64,000 nt of DNA from Candidatus Fermentithermobacillaceae bacterium. Lineage in GTDB: Bacteria; Bacillota; Sulfobacillia; Fermentithermobacillales; Fermentithermobacillaceae. Positions within the stretch are counted from its first letter, which is position 1. The number at the start of each line of letters is the position of its first letter. Shown here one piece after another: positions 43,774 to 52,602 of this stretch. The notes below the pieces were generated by a model. It was not told where the DNA came from. It worked only from the letters and a program-made list of their open reading frames with translations, and did not search any database. A program made the position numbers and the translations under genes. Location of the stretch: the NCBI GenBank assembly GCA_012840345.1, contig DULO01000114.1, positions 2,192-66,191 on the forward strand, read 5' to 3'.

Positions 43774-45129
43774 GTGGTGCTGGTGGTCAACCTGAAACGT
43801 GGTTCGGGCGGGATAGCGGTTCCTGAGAAGAAGGAACTGTCATCGTCGGCCAAGATTGTCGACGCTGGCCTTCCCAATGAGCTCGTTTTGTTCCTGTCGC
43901 AGCATACGGGCGCTCCCGCAAGCGCTCTGGTTAAGGCCGGCGACTCAGTGAAAAGGGGGCAACTTGTGGCCTCTACCCAGGGCGCGGTGAGCGCTGCCGT
44001 TCACGCCCCCACCTCGGGCAAAGTGAAGGCCGTGGAAGACCGCTATCACCCGGTACAGGGCAGGTTGTGTCAGGCCATCGTTCTTGAGCCCGACGGCTTG
44101 AACGAACTGGACGAGTCGGTTAGACCGAGAGCGAGCGCCGTAGAAGACATCACCAAGGAAGACTTGGTAGCCCTGGCAAGGGAGATAGGGCTGGTCGGTT
44201 TGGGCGGCGCGGCGTTTCCCACCGCGGTCAAACTGACTCCACCGCCCAATAAGCCAATTGATACCTATCTGTTGAACGGCATAGAGTGCGAGCCGTACTT
44301 AACCGCTGATGACAGGATCATGGTCGAGGAGCCCCACGATGTCGTGTTCGGTTTTAGGGCTCTAATGAAATCGGCTGGAGTCAAACGCGGGATCGTTTGT
44401 ATTGAAGACAACAAGCCGGAGGCCATAGAGGCGATGCGGGAAGCCATAAAGCCCTTCGGCGAGTTGGAACTGGCTGTGGTGCCTACTCGCTACCCGCGGG
44501 GAGGAGAAAAGCAGCTAATACAGGTCGTGCTGGGGCGGGAAGTTCCGCCGCCTCCGGGATTGCCCTTGGATGTCGGCGTTATCGTTTCAAACGTCGGCAC
44601 CGCGTACGCCATGGCACAGGCTGTCCAAAAAGGGCTTCCGCTGGTGGAGCGCATTGTGACCGTGACAGGAGAGGGTGTGAAGACACCCTGTAATTTTAGG
44701 TCGCTGATCGGCACGCCGGTTTCGTACCTTATAGAGCTGGCCGGCGGTTTTTCAGGACCCGTAGGCAAGGTAATCATGGGCGGTCCCATGATGGGGGTTT
44801 CCCTAAAGGATCTTAACGCGCCCATAGTCAAAGGAACTTCCGGGCTGGTAGTGCTCCAAAGAGGACAGATCAAGCGGGAAAAGGTTTTGCCGTGCATTAA
44901 GTGCGGAAGATGTGTCGAGGCTTGCCCGATGGGACTCCTGCCTGTCTGGATAGCGGCTTGTTCCGACAGCGGCTACCTGGAGGACGCGGAGAAGTACCGG
45001 GCCATGGACTGCATAGAGTGCGGCTGTTGCGCCTACGAGTGCCCGTCCAAGAGGCCTTTGGTACAGTCCATTAAGTTGGCGAAGAATCGAATCACGGCAA
45101 AGCGCAGGGCTTTGGCTGCCAAGAAGTAG
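43774..45129 (+). CDS. rnfC: Rnf complex subunit C
   Basis: GLVGLGGAAFPT nucleotide-binding block and two ferredoxin motifs, CIKCGRCVEACP and CIECGCCAYECP. Start is GTG 43774 or 43783. Confidence 0.9.
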   Translation: MVLVVNLKRGSGGIAVPEKKELSSSAKIVDAGLPNELVLFLSQHTGAPASALVKAGDSVKRGQLVASTQGAVSAAVHAPTSGKVKAVEDRYHPVQGRLCQAIVLEPDGLNELDESVRPRASAVEDITKEDLVALAREIGLVGLGGAAFPTAVKLTPPPNKPIDTYLLNGIECEPYLTADDRIMVEEPHDVVFGFRALMKSAGVKRGIVCIEDNKPEAIEAMREAIKPFGELELAVVPTRYPRGGEKQLIQVVLGREVPPPPGLPLDVGVIVSNVGTAYAMAQAVQKGLPLVERIVTVTGEGVKTPCNFRSLIGTPVSYLIELAGGFSGPVGKVIMGGPMMGVSLKDLNAPIVKGTSGLVVLQRGQIKREKVLPCIKCGRCVEACPMGLLPVWIAACSDSGYLEDAEKYRAMDCIECGCCAYECPSKRPLVQSIKLAKNRITAKRRALAAKK

Positions 45130-45159
45130 TTGGCGGAAACGAAGGACGGAGGGTAACGG

Positions 45160-46143
45160 ATGGGAGAGAAACTTATCGTAACGCCATCTCCTCACATAAA
45201 GAGTCCGCGCACGGTTAAGGGAGTAATGCTCGGCGTCGTCATATCGCTCCTGCCCGCGTGCGTGGGGGCAGTGGTGTTGTTCGGCATGAACGCGCTCCTA
45301 ATCCTCATCACCTCGGTGGTCTCCGCGGTGGTGGCTGAAGCTTTGTGGCAGCGCGCGACCAAACAAGAGATAACTGTCGGGGATTTCTCCGCGGTCATTA
45401 CCGGCTTGCTGTTGGCTATGACCCTTCCGCCGGGCGTGCCTTTGTACGTCCCCGCGGTGGGTTCCGTCTTCGCGATAGTGATCGCTAAACAGATATTCGG
45501 CGGATTGGGCTCTAATTTTGTGAACCCCGCCTTGGCGGGCAGGGCTTTTGTCCTCGCCGCTTGGCCGATGAGCGTGGCCGGCGCGTGGCTTAATCCCTTG
45601 ACTCATGACGCGGTATCTTCACCCACGCCCTTGGCGGTCCTAAAAGGCGGCGGGACCAACATCCCGGGATTGTGGGATCTATTGATTGGCAACAGGACTG
45701 GGTCTTTGGGGGAGACCTCGATCATCCTGTTGCTCTTGGGCGGACTGTTTCTTCTGGTCACCAAGATAATTGACTGGAGGACGCCCGTTGGTTTCCTAGG
45801 TACCTTGTTTGTGGGGACATGGATTTTTGGAAAGCCCGGAGCTTTGTTCCAAGGGGACGGACTAAGCGCCATCCTCTTGGGGGGAGCGGTCCTGGGGGCG
45901 TTTTTCATGGCGACCGACTACGTGACTTCGCCGGTTACCCCGAAGGGACGTTTGATTTTCGGCATCGGCGCCGGTCTTGTGACCCTCCTCATAAGGTTGT
46001 GGGGGGGCTACCCTGAGGGCGTGACTTACGGAATTCTGTTCATGAATCTCATGACTCCCATCATAGACAGGTTTGTGGTTCCGAAGTACTACGGGTACGA
46101 GCACGACGCGCGCGCCCGAAAATCCGCCGAAGGCAAGAGGTGA
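45160..46143 (+). CDS. rnfD: Rnf complex subunit D
   Basis: Polytopic NqrB/RnfD-type membrane protein (SPHIKS.., FGGLGSNFVNPALAGRAF, FMATDYVTSP). Candidate flavinylation segment HDAVSSPTPL. Confidence 0.88.
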   Translation: MGEKLIVTPSPHIKSPRTVKGVMLGVVISLLPACVGAVVLFGMNALLILITSVVSAVVAEALWQRATKQEITVGDFSAVITGLLLAMTLPPGVPLYVPAVGSVFAIVIAKQIFGGLGSNFVNPALAGRAFVLAAWPMSVAGAWLNPLTHDAVSSPTPLAVLKGGGTNIPGLWDLLIGNRTGSLGETSIILLLLGGLFLLVTKIIDWRTPVGFLGTLFVGTWIFGKPGALFQGDGLSAILLGGAVLGAFFMATDYVTSPVTPKGRLIFGIGAGLVTLLIRLWGGYPEGVTYGILFMNLMTPIIDRFVVPKYYGYEHDARARKSAEGKR

Positions 46144-46150
46144 TATCAGA

Positions 46151-46774
46151 GTGAAAAGGTCTCTGCTGCATGAGTTCACGAAAGGCTTCATAGAGGAGAA
46201 CGCCACGTTTCGAATGGTAATCGGAATGTGCCCCACTCTGGCCGTCACCACTTCGGTGAAAAACGGGTTTTGGATGGGAGTGGCCGTCATCTTTGTGTTG
46301 ACGTTCTCCAACGTGTTCGTGTCTTTGCTCAGGAAAATGATTCCTGACCAGATCCGTATTCCTATTTTCGTTATCCTGATAGCCACTCCGGTGGTTATTG
46401 TGGAGCTCTTGATGAGGGCTTATCTGCCCGCCATGTACGAGATCCTGGGCGTGTTTGTCCCGCTCATCGTGGTCAACTGCATCATTATCGCGAGGGCGGA
46501 AGCGTTCGCCTACAAGGAATCGGTTCTCAGGTCGTTCTTGGACGGGCTGGGTATCGGCGCCGGGTTTACCTGCAATCTCATGATTATCGGCGGCATCAGA
46601 GAGTTCTTGGGAACGGGTCAGATCGCGTTGGGTTCCTTTGTATTTCCCAGCGTGAAGTTGTTTGAGCCCCTTGTGGTCATGTTGACGCCTCCCGGAGGCT
46701 TCATGACCTTAGGACTCCTTATGGCTATCTTGAACATCGCCGTGGCTAGATCGGCGCAGAAGAAGGCTCATTAA
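46151..46774 (+). CDS. rnfE: Rnf complex subunit E
   Basis: NATFRMVIGMCPTLAVTTS, PLIVVNCIIIARAEAFA (NqrD/RnfE type). GTG 46151 lies 7 nt after AGAGGTGA. The ORF extension back to 46073 overlaps rnfD. Confidence 0.88.
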   Translation: MKRSLLHEFTKGFIEENATFRMVIGMCPTLAVTTSVKNGFWMGVAVIFVLTFSNVFVSLLRKMIPDQIRIPIFVILIATPVVIVELLMRAYLPAMYEILGVFVPLIVVNCIIIARAEAFAYKESVLRSFLDGLGIGAGFTCNLMIIGGIREFLGTGQIALGSFVFPSVKLFEPLVVMLTPPGGFMTLGLLMAILNIAVARSAQKKAH

Positions 46775-46781
46775 CGGAGGG

Positions 46782-47375
46782 ATGACCTTGAAATTCATCT
46801 CAATAATGCTCGGGGGCATATTGATCCAGAACTTCGTGTTCATGCAGTATCTCGGGCTCTGCCCGTTTCTCGGCCTCTCCGAGCAGATGGATACGGCGCT
46901 CGGTATGTCGGGCGCGGTCATTTTCGTGATGACCTTCGCGTCGACCGTAGCCGCCGCGTTCGAGCAGTTCATTCTGGTGCCTTTGCACCTCGAGTATATG
47001 AGGACGATAGCTTATATCCTGGTCATCGCCGGTTTCGTACAGTTGGTCGAGATATTCCTGAAGAAAACGGTGCCGTCCCTTTACAAGGCTTTGGGCATCT
47101 ATCTTCCTCTCATCACCACCAACTGCGCGGTTTTGGGCGTGGCCCTCTTGAACGCCCGTCAGAGTTATGGTGTATTGTGGGGCACCGTCAACGGGCTCGC
47201 GGGAGCTTTGGGTTGGAGCGTGGCTATCATCATATTCGCGGGAATCCGCGAGAGATGGAAGTTCATGAATATACCGGGAACCCTTAAGGGCTTCCCTCTG
47301 GCGCTGGTGGCGACGTCTCTTATGGCCCTGTCTTTCCAGGGGTTCTCCAGACTATTCGCGAGCGTGCTTAAGTAA
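46782..47375 (+). CDS. rnfA: Rnf complex subunit A
   Basis: QNFVFMQYLGLCPFLG, LPLITTNCAVLGVALL (NqrE/RnfA type). Confidence 0.9.
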   Translation: MTLKFISIMLGGILIQNFVFMQYLGLCPFLGLSEQMDTALGMSGAVIFVMTFASTVAAAFEQFILVPLHLEYMRTIAYILVIAGFVQLVEIFLKKTVPSLYKALGIYLPLITTNCAVLGVALLNARQSYGVLWGTVNGLAGALGWSVAIIIFAGIRERWKFMNIPGTLKGFPLALVATSLMALSFQGFSRLFASVLK

Positions 47376-47390
47376 GGGGGGGACATCGAA

Positions 47391-48197
47391 ATGCTCGAAG
47401 CAGGTGTGTTTTTGGGCCTCGCGGGGCTCAGTATCGGCTTGCTCTTGGCTTTAGCCGCCAAGAAGTTCAAGGTTGAAGAGGATGCACGGGTCAGCGCGAT
47501 CATTTCGGTCCTTCCCGGAGCCAACTGCGGTGGTTGCGGGTATCCCGGATGCGCCGGTTTCGCCGCCGCTGTCGCGGAGGGCAAGGCTCCTGTCAGTGGT
47601 TGTATCGTGGGAGGAAATCCTGTAGCCGAGAAGATATCGGAGATCATGGGGGTAGCGGCTCAATCGGTTTCTCCTCTTGTCGCGGTGGTCTACTGTCAAG
47701 GAGACAACGAGCAGGCAGCAAAGATCGCCGAGTACGAAGGGATAACCGACTGCGCGGCCCTGAATATGCTGGGCGGCGACAAGGAATGCACTTACGGATG
47801 CCTTGGACTCGGTTCGTGCGTTAGGGCCTGCAAGTTCGACGCCATGTACATGAACGACAAAGGCCTTCCCGTGGTAATTACAGAGAAGTGCACCGGGTGC
47901 GGCGCTTGCGTTAGAGCCTGCCCCAGGGGCGTTATTGACCTCGCTCCCGCTGACAAAGAGGTCCACGTCAGGTGCAGGTCCTATGACAAGGGTCCGGTCG
48001 TCCGCAAGTACTGCAAAGTCGGATGCATAGCTTGCACCGCTTGCGTAAGGGCGTGCCCTCAGAAGGCCATCACCATGGATCGTGGGACCTTGGCCAAGAT
48101 CGACTATTCCCTGTGCGACAACTGCGGCATTTGCTCGACCAAGTGCCCGGTGAAGACTATATCCTATCCCAAGAAGGCCGCGGAGAAAGCTTCGTAG
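47391..48197 (+). CDS. rnfB: Rnf complex subunit B (poly-ferredoxin form)
   Basis: N-terminal TM helix, CGGCGYPGCAGFA, then four CxxCxxCxxxCP motifs. Confidence 0.9.
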   Translation: MLEAGVFLGLAGLSIGLLLALAAKKFKVEEDARVSAIISVLPGANCGGCGYPGCAGFAAAVAEGKAPVSGCIVGGNPVAEKISEIMGVAAQSVSPLVAVVYCQGDNEQAAKIAEYEGITDCAALNMLGGDKECTYGCLGLGSCVRACKFDAMYMNDKGLPVVITEKCTGCGACVRACPRGVIDLAPADKEVHVRCRSYDKGPVVRKYCKVGCIACTACVRACPQKAITMDRGTLAKIDYSLCDNCGICSTKCPVKTISYPKKAAEKAS

Positions 48198-48222
48198 CGT
48201 AGCTTTCTCAAAAGACTAATCC

Positions 48223-48260
48223 ACCGCCGGAACCACGGGTTCCGGCGGTTTTTCGTTTTC
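48223..48260 (+). terminator. rho-independent terminator after rnfB
   Basis: ACCGCCGGAACC-acg-GGTTCCGGCGGT (12-bp stem) followed by TTTTCGTTTTC. Confidence 0.9.
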
Positions 48261-48563
48261 CCGTGGGGAACAGCCGGGCCTATTTCATCGTCCATTTCAT
48301 AGATGGGCACCTATCATCTTGAACCCGAGCTTCAAACAAATACCATACAAGGCTCCCTCCATATGCGGGGTAGCCGGGCTCGATTTGTGCCGGAGCGTCC
48401 CGAAATATGGTGACAAAGGGCTTGTAGACCAGTTCGAGTTCAAATAGTATTGCAGGTAGAGATAGTTGTACGATGCAGGTCAAACCTTTTTGTGGGAACC
48501 CACGAGGGTATGAACCCTGTGCAAGACGGGAACAAATAATGGTATAATCTGGGAGGACGTCTC

Positions 48564-48809
48564 ATGCGAAGACAGACTCGAACGTGGTTGCTCGTCGTTG
48601 CTCTGACAGCCGGCGCCATTGTCGGAAGCGTGATCGGCGAGGCTCTAAGAGACGCGGTGCCGGTTTTGTCTAAAGGGTTCACGGTGGGGCTAGAGCCTCC
48701 TCTTGTGCTTGACTTGAACGTGCTCTCATTTTCGTTTGGGTTCCAACTCCACCTAAATCTCGCGGGAGCAATCGTCGTTCTCTTGTTAGTCCTCCTTCTC
48801 GGGCGGTGA
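48564..48809 (+). CDS. small two-TM membrane protein (DUF4321-like, from memory)
   Basis: 81 aa, hydrophobic N- and C-terminal helices, GGGAGGA RBS. It sits directly upstream of maf, as in many Clostridia. Confidence 0.5.
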   Translation: MRRQTRTWLLVVALTAGAIVGSVIGEALRDAVPVLSKGFTVGLEPPLVLDLNVLSFSFGFQLHLNLAGAIVVLLLVLLLGR

Positions 48810-49400
48810 ATTCCCATAAGACTCGTACTTGCTTCGGAGTCGGCTAGGAGGAGGTCTTTGCTGGAAGGAGTGGGCATCGTCCCACTGGTGGTGCCTTCGC
48901 ACGTCGACGAAGACCTTAAAGAAGACCTAAGCCCCGAACAACTGGTTGTGAGCTTGGCAAGGAAGAAGGTAGAGGCTGTAAAGGAACTCTACCCCAACGA
49001 CTACGTATTGGGAGCCGATACGGTGGTCTATCTCGGGAACGAGGTCCTGGGCAAGCCGAAGGACAAGCGGGAAGCCGAAGACATGCTTAGGCGGTTATCC
49101 GGAAAAGCCCATACGGTGTATACGGGCGTCGCCTTATACGATCCCCGTATAGAGGACCTCCGGACCGGTTTTGACCGTACTTGTGTCAAGATGCGGGACT
49201 TGGAAGAAGAGGACATCAGATGGTACGTTGAGACCGGCGAACCTATGGACAAGGCAGGAGCTTACGCCCTGCAAGGGGCCGGCGCTTTTCTGATTGAGAG
49301 GATCGAAGGGGACTACACAGGGGTGATCGGGCTTCCGCTTCCGAAAGTCCTGGATCTATTGAAAGAAGCAGGGGTGAAGCTCTCTCACCTTACGGCATAG
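48810..49400 (+). CDS. maf: Maf-family nucleoside-triphosphate pyrophosphatase
   Basis: GADTVV, GKP.D...A, GAYALQGAGAFLIERIEGDY.GVIGLPL. The conserved N-terminal LVLASESARRRSLL lies upstream of the only canonical start (TTG 48858), so the start is ambiguous (see findings). Confidence 0.8.
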   Translation: MPIRLVLASESARRRSLLEGVGIVPLVVPSHVDEDLKEDLSPEQLVVSLARKKVEAVKELYPNDYVLGADTVVYLGNEVLGKPKDKREAEDMLRRLSGKAHTVYTGVALYDPRIEDLRTGFDRTCVKMRDLEEEDIRWYVETGEPMDKAGAYALQGAGAFLIERIEGDYTGVIGLPLPKVLDLLKEAGVKLSHLTA

Positions 49401-49462
49401 CGGCGGGTATTTGGGCTGCGAAGGGCGCGGCACAGGAGGAATACCCGATAGCGAAAGAACGA

Positions 49463-50158
49463 TTGACAATTAGGGACTGGCCGGAAGGAGACAAGCCGCG
49501 AGAAAGGCTGGAGCGGCTTGGCGCCCAGTACCTTTCCGACGCGGAGATACTCGCCATCCTCTTGGGCACCGGCAGTTCGTCTGAGACGGCGCTGGGGCTT
49601 GCCCAAAGGATACTGGCCAAAAGCGAGGAACAGTGCGGAACGAGTCTGGGGTTTCTCTTGAGGTGGTCCCAGGACGAACTCAAAGGGATAGCCGGAGTTG
49701 GCCCGGCTAAGGCAGCCAGGTTGGCCGCGGCCGTGGAGATCGGGCGCAGGCTAAGCCAGCAAGGGATGGAAAAGCGGTTTTCGGTCACGAGAGGGAAAGA
49801 AGTGTTCGAGTACATAAGGCTTGAGGCCGAAAACCTGGACAGAGAGCATTTCTGGATCCTGACCCTAAACTCACGGAACCAGATAACCGGAAAGGACCTC
49901 GTTTCGGTGGGCAGTTTGGACGCGGCGATAGTGCACCCGCGAGAGATATTCAAGTGCTGCATCAAGAAAAGCGCGGCGGCCATCATCTTGGTCCATAACC
50001 ACCCCAGCGGGGATCCGGAACCGAGCGATGACGATATGGACATTACGAGGCGTTTAATAGAGGCAGGAAAGCTCCTGGGAATCCATGTTCTCGATCACGT
50101 CGTGGTCGGCAGGGGCAAATACCACAGTATGAGGGAGTCGTGTCCCGGCTGGTTCTAA
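49463..50158 (+). CDS. radC: RadC-family JAB/MPN-domain protein
   Basis: HhH-like GIAGVGPAKAARL and JAMM motif LVHNHPSGDPEPSDDD. Confidence 0.85.
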   Translation: MTIRDWPEGDKPRERLERLGAQYLSDAEILAILLGTGSSSETALGLAQRILAKSEEQCGTSLGFLLRWSQDELKGIAGVGPAKAARLAAAVEIGRRLSQQGMEKRFSVTRGKEVFEYIRLEAENLDREHFWILTLNSRNQITGKDLVSVGSLDAAIVHPREIFKCCIKKSAAAIILVHNHPSGDPEPSDDDMDITRRLIEAGKLLGIHVLDHVVVGRGKYHSMRESCPGWF

Positions 50159-50197
50159 TTAAGAGTCCATTCGAACGTTTAAAGGAGAGTGTGTACG

Positions 50198-51232
50198 GTG
50201 CAGTTTCTCTACAACTACCTCAGCAGGGACATCGGCATTGACCTTGGTACTGCCAACACCTTGGTCTATGTGAGGGGTAGAGGGATCGTCTTGATGGAGC
50301 CGTCGGTTGTGGCCATTAACGCCGACTCAAAGGAAGTGTTGGCGGTGGGCACCGAGGCGAAGCAGATGATCGGACGCACCCCCGGGAACATCGTAGCCGT
50401 TCGCCCCATGAAGGACGGAGTGATCGCGGACTTTGACATAACCCAGGCGATGATGCGCCACTTCATCCGCAAGGCCCAAAGGAGGCGCATCTTAAAGCCG
50501 TTTGTCTTGGTAGCTGTGCCGTCCGGCTGCACCGAAGTTGAACGGAGGGCCGTAATTGACGCGGCGGAGTCGGCGGGAGCCCGTGACGCCGAGACGGTTC
50601 CCGAACCCATGGCAGCCGCGGCTGGATCCGGCCTTCCCGTAAACGAGCCTACAGGCAACATGATAGTCGACATCGGAGGGGGCACCTGTGAGGTCGCGGT
50701 GATCTCCTTGGAGGGTATAGTCACCTCCAAGTCCATCCGTGTGGCAGGCGACGAGATGGACGAAGCGATCGTCAACTACGTGAAGAAGGCGTACAACCTG
50801 CTCATAGGCGAGAGAACCGCCGAGGACGTCAAGATGACTATAGGATCCGCGTTTGACCTGGACGAGGAACTGACCGCCGAGATCAGGGGCCGGGACTTGG
50901 TGACAGGTCTCCCCCGGACGATCACCGTGGATTCCAAGGAGATCCGCAGGGCGTTGTCCGAGCCTGTGAGCGCTATAGTAGACGCCATCAAAGAGACTTT
51001 GGAGCGGACTCCGCCCGAGCTGGCCGCAGACATTATGGACCGCGGCATCGTCATGTCAGGCGGAGGTTCTATGCTGAAAGGCCTGGACAAGCTGGTTTCC
51101 CAGGAAACCGGCATGCCTGTGCACATAGTCGACACCCCGTTGGGAGCCGTCGCCCGGGGAACTGGGGCCATGTTGGAGGACCAGGTTATGCTTCGCAAGG
51201 TCTTGGCATCTTCCAGGCGGGCGAAGCAATAA
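50198..51232 (+). CDS. mreB: rod-shape-determining actin homolog
   Basis: [46 protein letters not shown] 50198 lies 10 nt after AAAGGAG. Confidence 0.92.
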   Translation: MQFLYNYLSRDIGIDLGTANTLVYVRGRGIVLMEPSVVAINADSKEVLAVGTEAKQMIGRTPGNIVAVRPMKDGVIADFDITQAMMRHFIRKAQRRRILKPFVLVAVPSGCTEVERRAVIDAAESAGARDAETVPEPMAAAAGSGLPVNEPTGNMIVDIGGGTCEVAVISLEGIVTSKSIRVAGDEMDEAIVNYVKKAYNLLIGERTAEDVKMTIGSAFDLDEELTAEIRGRDLVTGLPRTITVDSKEIRRALSEPVSAIVDAIKETLERTPPELAADIMDRGIVMSGGGSMLKGLDKLVSQETGMPVHIVDTPLGAVARGTGAMLEDQVMLRKVLASSRRAKQ

Positions 51233-51262
51233 GAGACGAGAAGCGCAAAGGGATGGGAAGAC

Positions 51263-52075
51263 GTGAGGCGGCACTTTCCGTATAAGAAGGTCATTACTCT
51301 CGCACTGTTGGTCGCTGCCTCAGTCTTCCTGATGAACCTAACAGGAAAGCCTCTGGAGGGACCTTCTTTTTGGGAGTCCTTGTTGTACCGCCTGGGAAGT
51401 CCCTTTTACAAAGCCTTCTCCTCGGTCAGGGACCGCTACACCGTATGGAGCACCGCCTTCCAAGACAAGCTCGCCCTCTTGGCCCAAAACGAGAGCCTCA
51501 AAGCCGAGTTGGAAGCCATTGAAGCGCTTAAGGCGGAACTCGCAGAAGCAAAAAAGGAAAACGAACGCCTAAGGGACCTGCTTAATTTCGTGGAAACGGC
51601 CCCGGGCAGGTATGAGGTCGCGAAGGTTGTGGGCAGGAACCCGTCCAAGTGGTTCTCAACCATAGGCATTTCTAAAGGCGCTTTGGACGGAGTCGAGGTG
51701 GATTGCGCCGTGGTTTCACGAAGCGGACTGGTCGGCAGGGTGATTTCGGTGGAGGACCACTACTCTACCGTCTTGCTTATCACCGATCCGGAAAGCGGCG
51801 TGGGCGCCTTGGTGGAACGTTCCAGGGATTATGGGGTCACGCTCGGCGGGAGCGGACCGACAACCCTAGTGTTCAGGCTTTTTTCCAAGGACACCGATGT
51901 CCAGACAGGCGACAAGATACTGACATCCGGAGTAGGCAGCAAGTACCCGTCCGGGCTCCTTATCGGAGAAGTGGTTTCTGTCTATGTTCCCCAGCCGGGG
52001 CTGGTCAAAGAGGCTGTGGTTAGGCCGGCGACCGACCTGGAACACCTGGAAGAAGTCATGGTGTTGCTACCATGA
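51263..52075 (+). CDS. mreC: rod-shape-determining protein MreC
   Basis: N-terminal TM helix, coiled coil (NESLKAELEAIEALKAELAEAKKENERLRDLL), beta-domain GLVGRVISV...TSG.GSKYPSGLLIGEV. Confidence 0.85.
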   Translation: MRRHFPYKKVITLALLVAASVFLMNLTGKPLEGPSFWESLLYRLGSPFYKAFSSVRDRYTVWSTAFQDKLALLAQNESLKAELEAIEALKAELAEAKKENERLRDLLNFVETAPGRYEVAKVVGRNPSKWFSTIGISKGALDGVEVDCAVVSRSGLVGRVISVEDHYSTVLLITDPESGVGALVERSRDYGVTLGGSGPTTLVFRLFSKDTDVQTGDKILTSGVGSKYPSGLLIGEVVSVYVPQPGLVKEAVVRPATDLEHLEEVMVLLP

Positions 52076-52602
52076 CTAGGCGCGAACTGTTTACCATCCT
52101 CACAGCGCTGGTTTTGTCTCCTGTGTTGAAAGCCTTGGAGTTTTCTGTTTTCCCGGCAGTCAACCGGCCCGACTTTCTTACCGTCTTGGCGGTCACAATC
52201 GGGCTTTCTTGCAACGGGTGGGTTGCTCTTCCGGGCGGTTTCTTGATAGGCCTTTTGGAGGACCTCACAATCTTGAGAGCGCCGGGCGCCCGGGCGGTCT
52301 CCCTGGCGGTAGCCGCGGCGACGGCATCTTCTCTCCGAAGGTTCTTGAGTCCGGAAGCTCTGCCGTCTCGAGTCCTCATCGCTTTGCTGGGCAACCTTGC
52401 CGGAGACTTAACCTGTTACGGGCTCTTAAGGCTTATGGATATCAGGATCGGTTTTCAGTATTTCGGCACGGTCTTGGGGTTTTCACTGGTATGGTCCGCC
52501 GCGGCTCTATTGCCTGTCGGGTTTGTGGTGAAGAGAGTCGTCAACTTAATCTTTGCCTTGTTCCCCGATGACAGCGACCAGGATAGGAGGGCATGGGCGT
52601 GA
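52072..52602 (+). CDS. mreD: rod-shape-determining protein MreD
   Basis: Small polytopic membrane protein immediately after mreC, with a 4-nt overlap. Confidence 0.7.
   Translation: MTRRELFTILTALVLSPVLKALEFSVFPAVNRPDFLTVLAVTIGLSCNGWVALPGGFLIGLLEDLTILRAPGARAVSLAVAAATASSLRRFLSPEALPSRVLIALLGNLAGDLTCYGLLRLMDIRIGFQYFGTVLGFSLVWSAAALLPVGFVVKRVVNLIFALFPDDSDQDRRAWA

Noticed and set aside
46073-46150. Possibility that the extended rnfE ORF hides a small rnfG remnant
   Set aside because: Only 26 codons are involved, they overlap the rnfD 3' end in another frame, and they show no FMN-binding-domain features.
48280-48483. 67-aa minus-strand ORF in the AT-richer spacer after the rnfB terminator
   Set aside because: It has a TTG start with only a weak AAAGG upstream and no recognisable motif. 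It cannot be distinguished from chance without expression or conservation data, so it is noted but not called.
48540-48548. TGGTATAAT extended -10 element upstream of the small membrane protein gene
   Set aside because: A transcript starting 6-8 nt downstream would begin inside the GGGAGGA ribosome-binding site, so the geometry is doubtful.
50168-50182. TTCGAACGTTTAAAG resembling half of a Firmicutes LexA (Cheo) box upstream of mreB
   Set aside because: Only the GAAC half is present with no matching GTTC at the right spacing, and the context (mreB) is not SOS-related.
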